From Phoronis australis (Eukaryota; Animalia; Phoronida), in the NCBI GenBank assembly GCA_002633005.1, contig NMRA01000323.1, positions 268,817 to 332,816 on the forward strand: 64,000 nucleotides of DNA. Reading direction: 5' to 3'. The notes under the pieces are model-generated. The model worked only from the letters and a program-made list of their open reading frames with translations. It was not told where the DNA came from and did not search any database. This document shows positions 1-13,894 of this stretch, in pieces. Made by a program: the position numbers and the translations under genes. Each line of letters opens with the position of its first letter. Within the stretch, counting starts at the first letter, position 1.

Positions 1-611
1 CCGGACCTGACGCACCGTCTTTCTGTGAAAGGTCAGTTTTCACAGCACTGATAATTTAAAGACTGGTTTTCAAATGGTACATTTTTGAAAATAATATCAC
101 CAGCGCGAATAAATTGCATAGTTTGTTGAATTTTCTTAATTTGGACAAGCATAACACCTTGCATGTAAAACTTACGGAAACGACTACATGAAATTAACGT
201 CTTTTTGACCAGTTGTCATTTTGGAAAGGTAAACAAAATTACGTGTACATGTATGTACCAGTTTGCTCTTGTTACTTATAGTCGCCAATCTTTCACACTT
301 TTCGATACGGTCTGCAACGTGTTGTGTTTAGGTGCAGGCCTACCATATGCAAACGGCACTTTTTGCAAAAAAAAATCTGTCTTGCCTGCCGTTATAGGTA
401 TTGAAATGGAGTTTTGGACGAGTAATCACACAGTTTCCGAGAATATAAAGCCATCTGGATTTCCCTATCTTTTCCCTTACTTTATAGTTTTTTACGCTTC
501 TTCCTCACCATTTTAAAGTTTTGAAGTCTATTAATAAACTAATTGAATTCGATTTTGAGAGAACCTTCGGTGAAGCATGATTGTCTACGAGTTGTGTAAA
601 ATTGCTTATAG

Positions 612-3600
612 TTCCTGTGCACGGCGTTACCACGTCTAGAAAAGGGATTATCCGTGTTCTACGTCACTCAACAGTCAGTTTACGCTGCTCTGCAATTGGC
701 AAACCGAATCCAGTTATCACGTGGGACAGAAAGGTAAGAATTGGTATGAAATGAAGAAAAAAATGGTAACAAAGTCACGCCTAGGGTTTTATAGTCCTTT
801 GGTTTATTGCCGAAACATTTGTTTATTCATCTTTATTTTTACGTTGCAATTGCGTTTGAACCCCTTGTTGACCATAAAAATTAATAGCTATCACGTGTCC
901 GGGGTGACAGCATTCTGGATATAAGAATATTGCTAACATTTTGTCCCGTCAGCTCGCCATAGTTTTGGTCACATCACGTGACCTAATGAATATAAGTCCG
1001 AAAAGGTTTCTGCGAAAGTTTGGATTTCAGTAAATCGATCGGATGGTATGCTTGCACACTGGGTTGCTATTGCTGTTTACAACCGAGATTGGCATTCGCG
1101 AGAAAGCTTGCAAATTGTCTTGAAACGTTCTGGGTTACATGCACACGTATAGTACCTCTGACTTGTGTTGCAGCTACTCGCGAATATTTTGAATAAGCTA
1201 AAAAAATTCGTAAGTGCCGTGGACCTTTCTCAATTAACGTTCCACGAATCGAAAGTCGCGTCTCCGATGAGTTTGGAAATCGTGAAACTTAAAATTGGCG
1301 GCTAGTAAACAAAAACGAGCAGCGGTCGCGGTATCTGCCAAAAGTTTGCAGCTTTGTCTTGAACGAAGGGCGACCTTTGCATTTCAAGAGAAAGTTGCCG
1401 CCAGTTTACATGCATTCTCGCAATTTCCAGTCTCCAGCTAATCGCTACAAGCTGTGGCATCCCAGTGAGATCACATATCCCTAGGTAACTTACCTGTATA
1501 CATATATATTGAAGACTTGTTTTGTCAAAGCTGCATTTCGCGCTGTTTCACTGGCTAAAATCTGACTAGTCCTTAATATACTCATCAAATCGATTACGTC
1601 ACTGCGATAGGATTCCATTTCTGTTTCCATCAAGAACATTGAAACCATCACATTTTATTGAGGTTCATCGTAAATTCGAAAATGGCGCATGTACCCGTAT
1701 TTATTGCCTAAGGCTTGAGTTGATAAAGGAAGTAAAATCATAGATCACGATACATGGGCGGCGCACCATAAGAGGGGTGAGGGGGGCTATAGCCCCCACT
1801 TTTTCAGTGCTACGCTGCACGTGGTCTATAAGCGATGCACCACAGGGGGGCTGAGGGGGATTTAGCCCTCCACTTTTTTCAGTGCTGAGCCGCCCATGCG
1901 ATAAGGAACGTTATGAAATCAATTGTGAGAGCGAAAGGTCTAACTCGACTTATGTGTTTTAGATGAGCTTAACGATGAAATGTAACTTTAAACAGGACAT
2001 TCAGTTGGCCCACAGACAGCTTTATGTACGATCTCTCCAACAGGCCGCAGTCAATTCTCGCATTTGGTGTCATTTTGTACAACAATTGTCCAAAGCTCAT
2101 GGCAATGAGAAAAATAAACAAAGTCAACAGCGGCGTCATATCGAAGTCACATAACGCAAAAAGACTATATATTTTAAGGTGATCACGCGACAAAAGGCAT
2201 ACGGAGGAGCTCGATCACGCAAAGAATGACTGCATACGGTGTACACTCGACTGGTAACAACTTAGTTGAGTGGGTGTACAGTGTATGTAGTCATTCTGTC
2301 TTTGAACGGGCTCCTTTTTATGCCCTTTGTCGTGTGACCACCGCGCAATGGAGCTCGTCCCTGACGATGCCGTGAGGGAGAGCAATTTTTTATGTATTTT
2401 TGTCACGTGAGTTGTGACAGCATTTTTTATTTAGGTAATTTTTCTTGCTACAATGAACTTTGGACAATTGTGCAAATTGACACCCGACGATAGATCTGAC
2501 TGCCGCCTATTAGAGAGACTATTAACTAAGTCTCTTCATGCGCGTACCCAGCTTTCAATTTGGGGGGGCTCGAATTTTTGCCGTTATGGACCTTTTGGTA
2601 ACAAAAAGGCATAAAAAAACGGGGGCACCACTGTGAATNCCCTGGGTGCGCGCATGCTCTTAAATGCCAATGGAATGTCTTGTGCAACAAAACCTGTCCT
2701 TGAAGAAACCTGTACTGTCACCAATGCACTACAACATGATGGTTTTAACTTAAAAGTTGTTTATTTAGCAAACCCTCGTGATTTTGAAGTATCAAACTCT
2801 TATCCATTCCACAGATCTCCAGCTTCCCGCCAGATTCACTCGTTAACCAGAGCGGCCAAGTTGCTGTGATAACTATGCCAAACTTTACGGAACAATATGG
2901 CGGCACCTACACATGCTCAGCACGGAATGAACATTCGCATGCATCTGCCGAGCCGGTGTTCCTAGAAGTAATATGTGAGTTGGGTTAAATCACAATATCA
3001 ATTGTAGAATTAGACAATACTGCCGGACATTAAACCACAACACCCCACTTCGAGCATGAACACAAAACCAGCGATTTTAACACTGATCGTTTATTTGGGG
3101 TTGAAACCAGTTACAGTTGTACATGTATAGCGTGTCTCTCTACTGGGTTTGGATCCACACTTCATAATACACAACATCAAATTACTTGACAGCTTGTCAG
3201 ACAGTGCGTTCAGCATTCGAAAAGCACATACACAAATATTAACAAAATAACAAAAAATTATGGCAGAATATTTACCCTTCAAGTCAATTTCAACCATTCA
3301 TGGTGACAGGAAGTTCGTCAAACGTTCCGATGCCAGTTTCGCACCTTGCACGGCTCGCCATGTGAACTTCGACTTGGTCAGTTTCCAGCCAGTGCGTGCT
3401 ACGGATGCGGAAACTCCACCACTGCAAACCAGGGCACAAAAATCGTGTGCACATTGAAAGTTGAAGACCGCCCATGAAGCAGCAGTTGAAAGCCTGGTTA
3501 TAGCTTTGAAAAGTCTACATTTAAAAAACAATTAGATTCAAATTTAAATTGATGAGATATAGGTCGGCGGAACGACGGCAATGTGGTGGCAGTGCAAAAT

Positions 3601-6600
3601 CATACATCCGTTATTGTGGGCATTAGTTTTTGGCCAGATATATTATAGGAAGCTAACTACACATATGATGGCGGTGCTCATACAACGCTGTGACGTTATA
3701 GCTTAAATCCTCGTACCTGATGATAATTTAAGCTATTAAATCGAAACGTTGATCATTAACATCGTTCTCATTTGCGTCGTTAGCTCCTTATCATTGGGTT
3801 AGTCTCTCTCACCACTTGAGGGCGCTGCGAAGGAACGTACAGTCTTGTCATCGGCGACCGGGAAAGAAGAGAGACACGGTGGCGACCAGCGAAAGGGAAT
3901 CCATGATGCAGTCGCTCGTTTTCTCGCAGTCTTAGCTAGCTTTTCGACGACAGTTTCAAAATTTTAAAACCTGTAGGATGTAAAAATGCTTATGACCTTA
4001 CAAAGTTGCGTCTAACAGACAACGTTTGTGTGTCAATGAGTTGCACAGGGAGCGATACCGGTATGTTAATTACTCCAGATACCATCGCGATAGCATAAAC
4101 AAACAAAATGTTGAATGTCTCATTTATGATCTAACATTCTGCATAGCCAAAAGTCAGTAGACATAATATACACAATCAAGCGACTGAATCGATCGTAATT
4201 ACGTAAACAGAAACGCGGTAATTTTCTCCCTACGTGCTGTCTTCTAAGTTTGCAGTTGGTGTCGTCGCCTCTTTTTATGGCATCAATAATAATCATTGAA
4301 AGCGGCCATAAACCCACGTTCCGTCCAAGAAGTGAACTTTTGACTAACCGTTATAAAATTGGTCTCATTTTTTTCCTGTATGTATGCGATTTCTGGGTCT
4401 GTAAAAATCCAGTTCTTTATTCCTCGAGTACCATGCTCGAGACGCCAAGTTTTAGAACTTGCCGTCGAGTACGAACGAACCGGCAGGTCGTTCAAAGATG
4501 TGAAACCCCCCGTCTAATTTAACGAGAAAGCAAGTTGAGGTCAATTTTATAAAGATAAGTCGCCTAAATTAAACGTTGTTTTTGTGGTGGAAGGCGGGTT
4601 TATTACTGAGCTACTTTAAGAATGAGGAAGCGGCAGATTTATGTCTTTTCCCATTAAAAAGTCTATGTACACTGTACTGCTATCCCTGTCCACCATGACC
4701 ACTGCCAATTACATCCGTGTTTTTGTCTGCTGAATAACAACCATCGATCTCGTGACTTTGAGAGTCACAGTTAAACTACGTGTAAATAATGAAACTAAAG
4801 CTCAGCTGTTTCTCCCTGAATTGTTAAGATTACTATGTGTACATTTAAAGTGGCAATAGACCTGCCTTCTAACACAAAAAGCAGTTTTTCTAAAACCACT
4901 TACCGCCATGAAATCAGTCCCAACTTGTTCCTCAGCTAAATTGGGGGTAATTTCAGGATTTCAAAAGAACTGATACATGTAATTCGCTATTGCTTGTCAC
5001 GGCGTGTCATTGTAGGCGTCGAGCAGTGTATCGAGGGATAACGAAAAGTCACTTGTAGTGGCACTTCTTTGCAAACTCAGAAATCGCTTCTCGTATGAAC
5101 CTTAGTGGTAAGTGATACAAAGCAAAACTTGGTTTTTAGACAGAACACGTGTGCGCGTTTCTCTTCGTTTCAGTTTGGAAGTTCCGAATTTCAACAAGAA
5201 CCCGTTGGGTTTTCAGTTGCAATTGAGGCGAAACTCAGCCCCATTCGACTTTTCTGATAGCCGCTCATGCAAAAGTGGAACATTTTAAAAACAGCTTTTT
5301 GGAGAACAGTGCACTAAGGATAGTATGTGCATCATATGAATCCGATCAGCCATTAGTGAGAAATGATGTTTCGAAATTAGCCAAATGTGGTCATTTTTCG
5401 AGGGTCCTTCATAACCTTGAATTTCCGGTGGCGCACCCGTAACAAAATTTCCGCGTACCGTATTCGCCATAATAAGCACCCATACCCCTATAAGCGCCCC
5501 CGTGCGTTTTCTGACTTCCCTAAAATTAGCGATTAGCCCATGAACGTGTACATGTGAAAAATGCCTCACCTACACGGTTCTAAAATTCTACAGTAACATC
5601 TTCAATTTATCAATAAGATCCGGCAGTCCTGAAAAAATCACTGTGCGCGTNNNNNNNNNNNNNNNNNNNNNNNNNNNNNNNNNNNNNNNNNNNNNNNNNN
5701 NNNNNNNNNNNNNNNNNNNNNNNNNAAGACGATTTCCAAAGCAATCCCCGGTCATTATTGCCAACACGAATAACGGATTTGGTCTTTTGGGCATTTTAAG
5801 ACTATTTTAAATACGACAAATTTGTTAAGAATCGATGGCACAAAACGTGTAATAAGCATTACAAAAAGAAGTAGGTTTCGCGCGCAAACGCTGTGGACCA
5901 TAAACAAGTAGGTCTCTTAGTACGATATTAGTAGCTAAATCGTGGTGGTGTAGTGGTAACGCACGCGCGCCCTATCCGCAAGGTCGTGAGTTCGAGTCTT
6001 TGGTACTCCGAGTTTTTCCTGTTTGACTCGTTTTCCGTGTTTTATTTTGCCTTTTTTTCTTGGTTAATACTTCAGGAATCAAGGAAAATACTTGATTTTT
6101 AGAGGTCAAAACGGAAAAATTTCCTCGGCGGGAGGGGGGCAAACCCCCCTCCCGACCTCCCCCCATTTGATGCTATGCGCATCTATAATCGTGGTTCAGT
6201 TTGCGCAAATGTTTACAGCCGGACAAAATGTTGGGCCCTCCCCCCTTGTGATATCCTAGATCCGCCACTGCTTCAAACTTCCGCGGTGCTTCAAAAAGAA
6301 CGCAAAAGTTTTGGCAGCTCATCTTGCGAGGAACGTGTTCCAAGTGCCTTTCAGAACATACGCAGCGTGGTACTTGTCAACGAGATTGTATCTTTCCCGC
6401 ACAGACCTCCCTCAACAGAAATCCAAATTTCTTTGTACACGTGAAAACTGCGAATCGAAGACTAATAAAAAATTGACCAGTGTTAAAACCACGTGGCTAG
6501 CAAGCGCGCGGTACATACTATGTACCTGTCATCGAGGGCATTAGTCGGGAACTATCTATTCATGAAACGGTTACCATAGCACCGGCAAGAAATATTTATT

Positions 6601-8761
6601 GGCACTAATTTTCAAAAGGTTTCTCATACCATAAAGAAATTTTGCGTTATTTTTAAGTGGAATTTGTTTAATGAATCATAATTGGTGTTTTTAAAGTCAA
6701 AGTGACCCACCGATAGTGAACACCCCGAATATTCTGGAAAATACCTATTAGACTGTCACACATCCAGTCACCCGGCGACTCAGTGACATTAATCTGATAT
6801 TAATGGCCGTACCGAGACAATTCTCGGACGTTTTTAGCAGATGAGACCAGCAAGTGGTAAATAAAATACGTTCTGTTTTAGTGCTTGAATTTATTTTTTT
6901 AGTTACAGCCTAGAGCGTTACATTGCGTTTGCTCTGGCAAATGAACTATGACACGCACGCGCTCGCTCACTCGCACACCCAGACGAACTTCAAAACAAAC
7001 GTCACGTGAAAACAACATGTGTGTTCGTCCAGACATTTTTCTCATATTGCGGGGTACGATCATGTAGCGCTGATTTGAACTAACATGGGCTGCGCACCCT
7101 AGGGGCGGGGGGGGGGGGCTGGGGGAGCTATTTTTNTTTCAGTGCTACGCCGCACATGGTCTATAGGCGGTGCACCACAGGGGGGCTGAGGGACTTTAGC
7201 CCTCACTTTTTTTCAGTGCTGCGCCGCCCAGTTAATACAGACTCCACACGAACTTAGAAATCTTACGGACTTTATTTGGAAAACTGAAGGATTTCAGGTA
7301 ATTTGTTGAGTCGAAACTATTTTTATTCAAGAATTCATGTTGCCCTATCGTCGATCGCGAGGCAGCGACGCATCAGTGGACGAGTTTTCGCCCTGGGATT
7401 TCCGCACATTTTTTTGACGAAGTTTGATAGCAATGCACTACAATTTTGTAGAAAGTCTGTCATATGTTACAGATACGTCACAGAGTGTAAATTTGATGAA
7501 TCCTAGCTTCCGATTTCACCCGTTTCGGAGACCGGGTTTCAACCGCTTTAGGCTACAATAAGCGCCCTCCCCGAAACGAATTTTTCTATGCGCCCTGGGC
7601 GCTTATTAGGGCGAATACGGTAATACTTAGCCAATTGTTAGTGAACAGGGAAAGAATGTCTTCAAACTTGCCTGGAACGTTAGTAAGAGTACGACATAAC
7701 ATCATCTATAATATTTCCTTGCTCTTCATTTTGCTGTGGTCGTGTCAAACAGTTTTGTTCTCTTTTCCTGAAATGTTGAATTGTGAAAAAAAAGTTTCTG
7801 TGCCATCAAGGCCGCACACGATGCGATCGTAATTGAACGCCACAACTGGTGTTTCGCGAGTGTCTTTCGTTTACGGAACGCAACCCTGTTCACACCAGCA
7901 TACATATAGCCGCCTAACTGAATATGAGAAACGTGACATTGGTGTTACGCCGTTACTCACACAAGAAAGAGTATACTGTCTGTTAATGGTCATTCCTTAT
8001 AAGGTTTGCCAACAGTTGATCCTGTCCAACGTTTTCTAGTTTACTAGCTCCGGAAGCTGATTCCTTCGATTCTGTCGCTTTCTGAAATTTAAGTATGGCG
8101 AAAGTTTTCTCTATTTCCTGGCAAAACATTTTGTCAGCGCCATGGTGGGGATTTGACCTTAAGATGATTACATGTACGTTCACGCATGCGCATCTCAGTG
8201 GGTCGAAACTTTCACAGAATTAATTAAATTGCTTGTCTGAGCTCTTCACTGAAACGAGCAAAATGACAATAGTTTCATAGAAACCATTGCTCTCACGTGT
8301 CACGAAAAAACAAGGAATTTGTCAGATTAACGTGGAATTCGCGAAATGGACTAAAGAAAAAATCCACGAAAACTAAAATATCAAAAGGACAATAAATGCA
8401 CGCCGCCTTCTGTCAAACAACTTTTGATTGCGACCCCTTACCGCTGTAAAACTGCGTTCACCTTGTTCGTTGCTGAGAGTTCGTTATTGCTTTAAACCGG
8501 CTTCATTAAGATTACTTGTCACGGCTGGTTAGTATGAGCCCTTGAACCAGTATGTCCGGCAGGGGCGTTCCAGGCATTTTATTGCAACCTATTCCAATTG
8601 AAGCAAAGGATAAGAACACCAATGACGCTGCATTTGAAGAGCTAATACGCCTGTAAAAATCTAACTCTAGAGCCCAATTTACAGCGGCATTACCTAAATA
8701 AAAACACGATCAGTTTACGGATTCATGATACACGTATGTATAATGATCGGCAACAATTTTA

Positions 8762-8794
<33 letters not shown>

Positions 8795-11700
8795 ATTATT
8801 ACTATTATTGTTATTATTATTAGTTCGCTATCACTCCTCTTTGAGTTTTGCTCAGGAAATTTTGAGTTGACTTTTTATTACAATTTAGTATGTGTCGACT
8901 CTAATTTACTTAAACACATTGTCTTGTGAAAACACGACATGCGCGCACCCGGGGGTAAGTGGGTAAAAAGGTCCGCCTCAGAAAAACAAATGGTCCGAGA
9001 AAACGAGACAAAAGTTCACTAAAAAGGCACCGACGCAAAATGTTTTTAGTCCTCCCGCTTTTTTGTTAGCAAAAGGTCCACTTTGTCAGAGATTCGAACA
9101 CCCCCATATTAAAGGCTGGGTGCGCGCATGAAGAAACGACGTACCTTGAGCGCTCTAACATTTTACATGAACTCCTTTTTACTTCTTGTTGTTATTTGAC
9201 GATGCCGACATCTTTTCAGTTAAGCCCTTGATGTCACAGTTTCTGTTGAACTACACAGTGACGTTTGGTGGTAATGTCAATCTCACATGCAACTATTCAG
9301 GGAATCCGAAACCAACGGTCACCTGGTACGCCAACGATAGTCAAACTTACATAGACACCATAATTCACGTGTAAGTATTTAACTTACGTGTAGCTCAACA
9401 AATGTAATTGCATATTTTGCATTGCTGCAGATCCATACGTGCAAATCAGACCACGAAATTCAATGCGGCGCATATGGAATATCTCGAAAATTTCAATGCT
9501 ACGATAAAGCAAAATTCCACCCCATATCATTCAGGATATGGCCTTGTAAAAAGATTGCAAAAAATCACCAACTGTCTCTGATTGACCAACCGGTGCAAAG
9601 CATGACAGCTTCTTATCATGGCATAAACAAATTTTCCATCACGCTACCATGGGAATTGAGAAAATGTTGTTTAGTTTATCGGTATATTTCATAATTTCCA
9701 TGTTGAATACATAACAGGAAAATGGGATGTTCATAGCCTATCGCAGAAAAGTCGGCATGCAGATCAGACGTGTTGAAGCGAGTTCAAGACTGTGTGTGTC
9801 TATAAATTTGCCTCTCTATTTTTAAACACTTTATACTCTTACGTTGCTAATAACTCATAAATCATAAATCAATATCAACCCTGGTTTGCAGCATATACAA
9901 TGTAGTGTTTACTTCGGCACACTTGTCAGGCAGTGTAGGCGTGAGTTCATCGAAATTAGGCTATTTGTTCCATAGACCGCATGGGCGGATCCAGGATTTT
10001 GAGTTAGGGGGGCCAGGGCAGAGTATTAGCCAGGATTTTGCCTGTCAGACATTGGCACTCCCGAACTGCCCAATGGAGAATTTTAGGGGGGGCATGGCCC
10101 CCTTGCCCCCCTGTAAATCCGCCACTGGACCGTACTGAAAGTAAAATAATACTGAACCTGTGCTCAAGTGCGATACCCACAACACTAAATCACACTAAAT
10201 CACCCACGATACTAAATCATCCGCAACACTGAATCGTTTTGTACTACATGTATGTAATGCTTTACCAAAGCTTTTTGTTTAACATTCGTTTTTGCAAAGT
10301 GTTTGAAGTGACCATGTGATGACGTGTCAGTTTTGTGCCTTCGATGTTCCTTTTTTCAGGAATCACTCCGCCTTTAGTTATTCCTCGATACTCACATTAC
10401 ACAACGTAATCGAAGACAGCGTGTACACATGCCTTACTTCTAATAGCTTGGGCACTGCTCGAAAATCTATCAATATTTTTGGTAAGTACATGTATGTGGC
10501 AATGGAAAAAAGACTCGCTCAAAATGCGCGAGATTATTGAATGACGCCGGTTCAATAGAAGTCCTGAGACAGGCCATGGTGTTAGAGTTTACGGAGGGTT
10601 TGTGCAAAAATGGTACGAACGATCAAATAATTCAAAATCTGCTGCTATACAATCGTCGCCGTCAAAGAGAGAACTGCCCACCTCTCTGAAGGTTCACCAC
10701 CTCAAGGGTTCGCTACTCCGAAGGTTCACTACTCCGAAAATATATAGAATTTCGTACTTACGTGCAAGTTTATGCTCCTGCATGCAAAAATACACGTACT
10801 TTGTTTATTAGACACAGCAGTGTACCTGACAAAAACAACGCCCGGGCACTTTGTTTGTGTTTCCTGTGCATTCGAAATTGGGCTTCAAATCATGTCTTAC
10901 GAGTACGGATGAGAACGTCATGAGATTTTTATGGAGTAAGAATATTTACCGGTAGTAATTATGCGCCACGATACCAAATCCATGTCCCAATTGCATTACT
11001 TCACAGCGCGGTAGAAAAGTTTTCCGCTGCACTTCAACCTCGTCAACCTCGCCAGAACCACGCTCACGGCCGCGACGAAACTAGATGCGGTTAAGACTAC
11101 TCTGTCCCTGCTAGCCTTCATCAAGTCGGAGAGCCCCATTCAGTTGTGATACCTCGGAATAGGGAACCTTCGGAGTAGTGCACCGTCGTAGTAGTGGACC
11201 TTATGAGTAGTGAACCTTAGGAGTAGTACACCTTCGGAGTAGTGACATGTAACCGTCAAAGAACAAACTGTATTTCGATTTAAACCATGGTGTAGCCTAC
11301 AGCTATAAATTCGTTTCAACTTGTAGCTTTCCCGGAGATTTCTGGGCTTGGGAAGAACTGACATATCGTTCATGCTCGATACCACGCTCCGCGCATGCTC
11401 GATACTTCGCTCCGCGCATGCTCGATACCACGCTCCGTGCATGCTACCACGCATAAATGACAAGCTGTGATAAAGAAGTCATATCTAAGGGTAAAATCAC
11501 CTCTAATCTAAGTAAAGAACAAACTGATTTCCGTTATATAACAGTAGGCCTAAGTGGGCTAAATCGATTTGCCGGAAGTGGGGTTTGTTCCAGCATGAAC
11601 GGAGGCTACCTAATGGTCCACAACTGATTGTCAACGTGAGCTAAATATTGATTTAGGCTAATAGGCTAATATTACATCGCCCTGTATGCCGCAGGCATAC

Positions 11701-13894
11701 ATGTACAGGGGCGATAGTAGGCTACATCCCCACAAAAAGTTACTCATTTCAAAATACAGGAAATAAAATCAACTGAAACACGCGTATATGCACATGGAAT
11801 AAAACAAATCATACCATAAGTCTGGAAACGATTCAGTCAAGATAATTTGAACAAATCGATGAAAATCTGTCGCGGTTTGCTCGAGTTTCTCTTACCTGGT
11901 GCCATTTTCAGGAAGTTACGTGAAATCACGCATGTTGACGAATAAAAAGTCCAAAGGACACAAATCTTACTAATTTCACCTGATACCTTCCCCTGCTATT
12001 TTACAAGTGTCGCGATAGCGTCACGCGCTTCGCTCAGTCTCGCGCTAGCCTTTGCCTAACTCACGTGACTCAGTTGACATACTTTGTGGTTATGCGCGCG
12101 TGGTGAAAAAGTAACGTCAACCAAAAAAGTGGAGTTGGAATTCTTCGCCAAAGTCACCTTAATTCTCACAACTAAGCTTCGTCGAAGATATGTATAGAAG
12201 TAGAAAAGGACCAATGAAGAAAGTAAGCGCGTGATAGTTTTAAGAGTGGAATGTATTTTTGACGAGATGAAAACTCAAAATCGATGGCCGGATTTGGCCT
12301 ACCGCCCGTTTAAAATATGGAACGAAATGCGTAGGGGAAGTATTGTAGCCCCTAACCGGCCAACCGGTTGCCTATTGACTTAAGTGTCTGTTTCGTCTTT
12401 CAGTGAAAAAGAACAGTATAACAAGAAATGTACCGGTGACTTTATCGTCAACAGCAGTAATGTTTACGGAAACGCCGTTACTGACGACACAAACCGAACA
12501 GACGACATACGTCGAACAGACAACGCAGATCGAGCACACATCACACGTGCCTGTTATCCTAAACTCAAGGACAGAATCCCACATTCTTAAGGCGCCAACC
12601 AATAGCCCGTCCCGGACTGGGTTTTTGGCGGCCATCGTTATTCCTGTTATTGTTTTGTTGTTGCTCTTCGTTGATACCATATGTTGTTTCCGCTTCGACT
12701 GGGGCTTGTTAAGTTGCACATTCGGAAGGCTGTTCAAAATCAAGAGACCCCTTAGTGCCCGCGTGCACAGTGTGCAGTGTAAGCCTGCTGTAGGGTGAGT
12801 AGTTAGTTCCATTTCGCGACTACCTTGACATATTGCTCAGAAGGAGCGAATGCTCTTGCGCTTTTTCGATGAAATGTATCATTTAGAACAAAGTTCATAG
12901 TGTGAGAAAGGTAGCGTTGGTTTCGGAAGTGCAATGTACATAACACCTCTTTACTTTTGCAGCTTTTGGAATTTCAATGATTGCCGATTCCCTTTCCCGG
13001 GTTCTGTATTACGTCAAGCTATGTTGGCCACGTGCGCGCGATCGCATTTCAGCTACATGCATAGGCGTAATTACCTCTGGGGGTCGGGACTATGACAATT
13101 TCCAATGATAATTCTGTTTTGTTGGGAAAAGGAAGAAAAAGTTAGGCGCTCAAAGAAGAAGTTGAGCTATGAGAGGTCCACTCCAATACACGTAAGAGCG
13201 TACCAAATCGTAGAATTTTGCAAATATGCTTCATATGGACTCGGTTTGTGAAAAATTTACGTTACTGCCCTCACACCCAATTTTTTCACACGTGTTCTTC
13301 TGTGTTTCGTTCAAGAGAATAGACGGCATTTGTTTCAGTGTCTTGCCGCAATGCTCTCGGGTCTTAAGTTTCTTGTCTACCTGTTTCAGCAGTGAGCACT
13401 TACACATTGAGTGTTCTCAAAATAACAATGCCTATCATCCAAAGAAGAACATGGCCATCATAAATTTTGGTCGAACTCTGTCAATCTCGTTATCGCTAGA
13501 GGTATTGAGTAAGTAGCGGGTAGTACTTTTGTGTACGACACAACTCAAGGTAGAGGAGCTTCACACACACAAAGAAAACGATGAATTTCGGTAATACTTT
13601 TGGCGTAGTGTCAGTTCATGCAAAATAAGACTTTTCCCTGTACACCGTGTAAAATTCACTGTGTTGAAGCCTTCACAAAATGCCAGTCGGCCCTCGGTAT
13701 TTTTCTTTGTGCCGTTCAAACTAATTAAACGAACGCTCAGGATTGAAACTGCGTGTTCAAGGGTGGTGACGTGTCTTTTCAGAAACGGGGAAGCTGAAAA
13801 CACCAGAGAAGAAGAAACCCAAGTCATACCACTTGAAGAAGCCAGAGCAATGGACGAAGAAGAGGAGAGATTGGGGACTCCAAGCAAGAGCTGA
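612..13894 (+). CDS. Ig-superfamily type I membrane cell-adhesion protein (NCAM/Fasciclin-II/lachesin-like), 5'-partial. Exons 612-733, 2815-2974, 9220-9370, 10360-10481, 12404-12794, 13783-13894
   Basis: Six GT-AG exons join in phase. Ig1: VSLRCSAIGKPNPVITW...GGTYTCSARN. Ig2: VNLTCNYSGNPKPTVTW...DSVYTCLTSNSLG. Then a T/S-rich stalk, TM GFLAAIVIPVIVLLLLFVD, and an acidic tail ending in TGA at 13892-13894. The start lies upstream of the window, and extra exons in the 6-kb intron cannot be excluded. Confidence 0.85.
1753..1898. mobile_element. MITE with 5-bp TSD (hAT5-like)
   Basis: TIR CATGGGCGGC...GCCGCCCATG, flanked by CGATA on both sides. A related copy lies at ~7084-7231. Confidence 0.8.
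2015..2536. mobile_element. Degenerate long-TIR (foldback-type) MITE
   Basis: ~2015-2125 is an imperfect reverse complement of ~2430-2535 (caattgtccaaagctcat / atgaactttggacaattg). Confidence 0.55.
2537..2656. mobile_element. MITE with 5-bp TSD (hAT5-like)
   Basis: TIR CATGCGCGTACCCAG...CTGGGTGCGCGCATG, TSD CTCTT on both sides. Confidence 0.8.
5651..5725. other. Assembly gap (N run)
   Basis: Run of N characters. Confidence 0.99.
5942..6010 (+). mobile_element. tRNA-derived SINE head or tRNA pseudogene
   Basis: A-box TGGTGTAGTGG and B-box GAGTTCGAGTC at tRNA-like spacing. Acceptor stem pairs poorly. Confidence 0.55.
7084..7231. mobile_element. MITE, same family as 1753-1898
   Basis: Shares the internal sequence (ttcagtgctacgc...ggtctata..cg.tgcaccacagggggctgagg) and TIRs. 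TSD not preserved. Confidence 0.75.
8761..8822. repeat. (ATT)n microsatellite
   Basis: Imperfect ATT run, seen directly. Confidence 0.9.
8938..9130. mobile_element. MITE with CATGCGCGCACCC TIR
   Basis: TIRs present. Internal sequence shared with ~37400-37597 (aaaaggtccactttgtcagagatt...cccccatattaaagg). Confidence 0.75.
9980..10127. mobile_element. MITE with 5-bp TSD (hAT5-like)
   Basis: CATGGGCGGATCCAGG...AAATCCGCCACTG, TSD GACCG. Same family as 14651-14791. Confidence 0.8.
10669..11255. mobile_element. MITE with inverted arrays of a 16-bp subterminal repeat (MULE/foldback-like)
   Basis: ACTACTCCGAAGGTTC-type units at the left end and reverse-complement units at the right end. CCGTCAAAGA recurs at both boundaries. 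Confidence 0.6.
11371..11452. repeat. 23-bp tandem repeat, ~3.5 copies
   Basis: CATGCTCGATACCACGCTCCGCG units. Confidence 0.85.

Larger units (their letters stand above)
5458..7620. mobile_element. Non-autonomous Tc1/mariner (pogo/Tigger-like) element with nested insertions
   Basis: TA|CCGTATTCGCCATAATAAGCACCCA...TGGGCGCTTATTAGGGCGAATACGG|TA. It spans an assembly gap, so the pairing of the two ends is not certain. Confidence 0.55.

Noticed and set aside
5942-6010. Functional tRNA gene
   Set aside because: Acceptor and anticodon stems do not pair convincingly; treated as SINE- or pseudogene-derived.
10669-11452. Short repeat arrays resembling CRISPR
   Set aside because: No unique spacers, no cas genes and a eukaryotic context. 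Explained as MITE subterminal repeats and a minisatellite.
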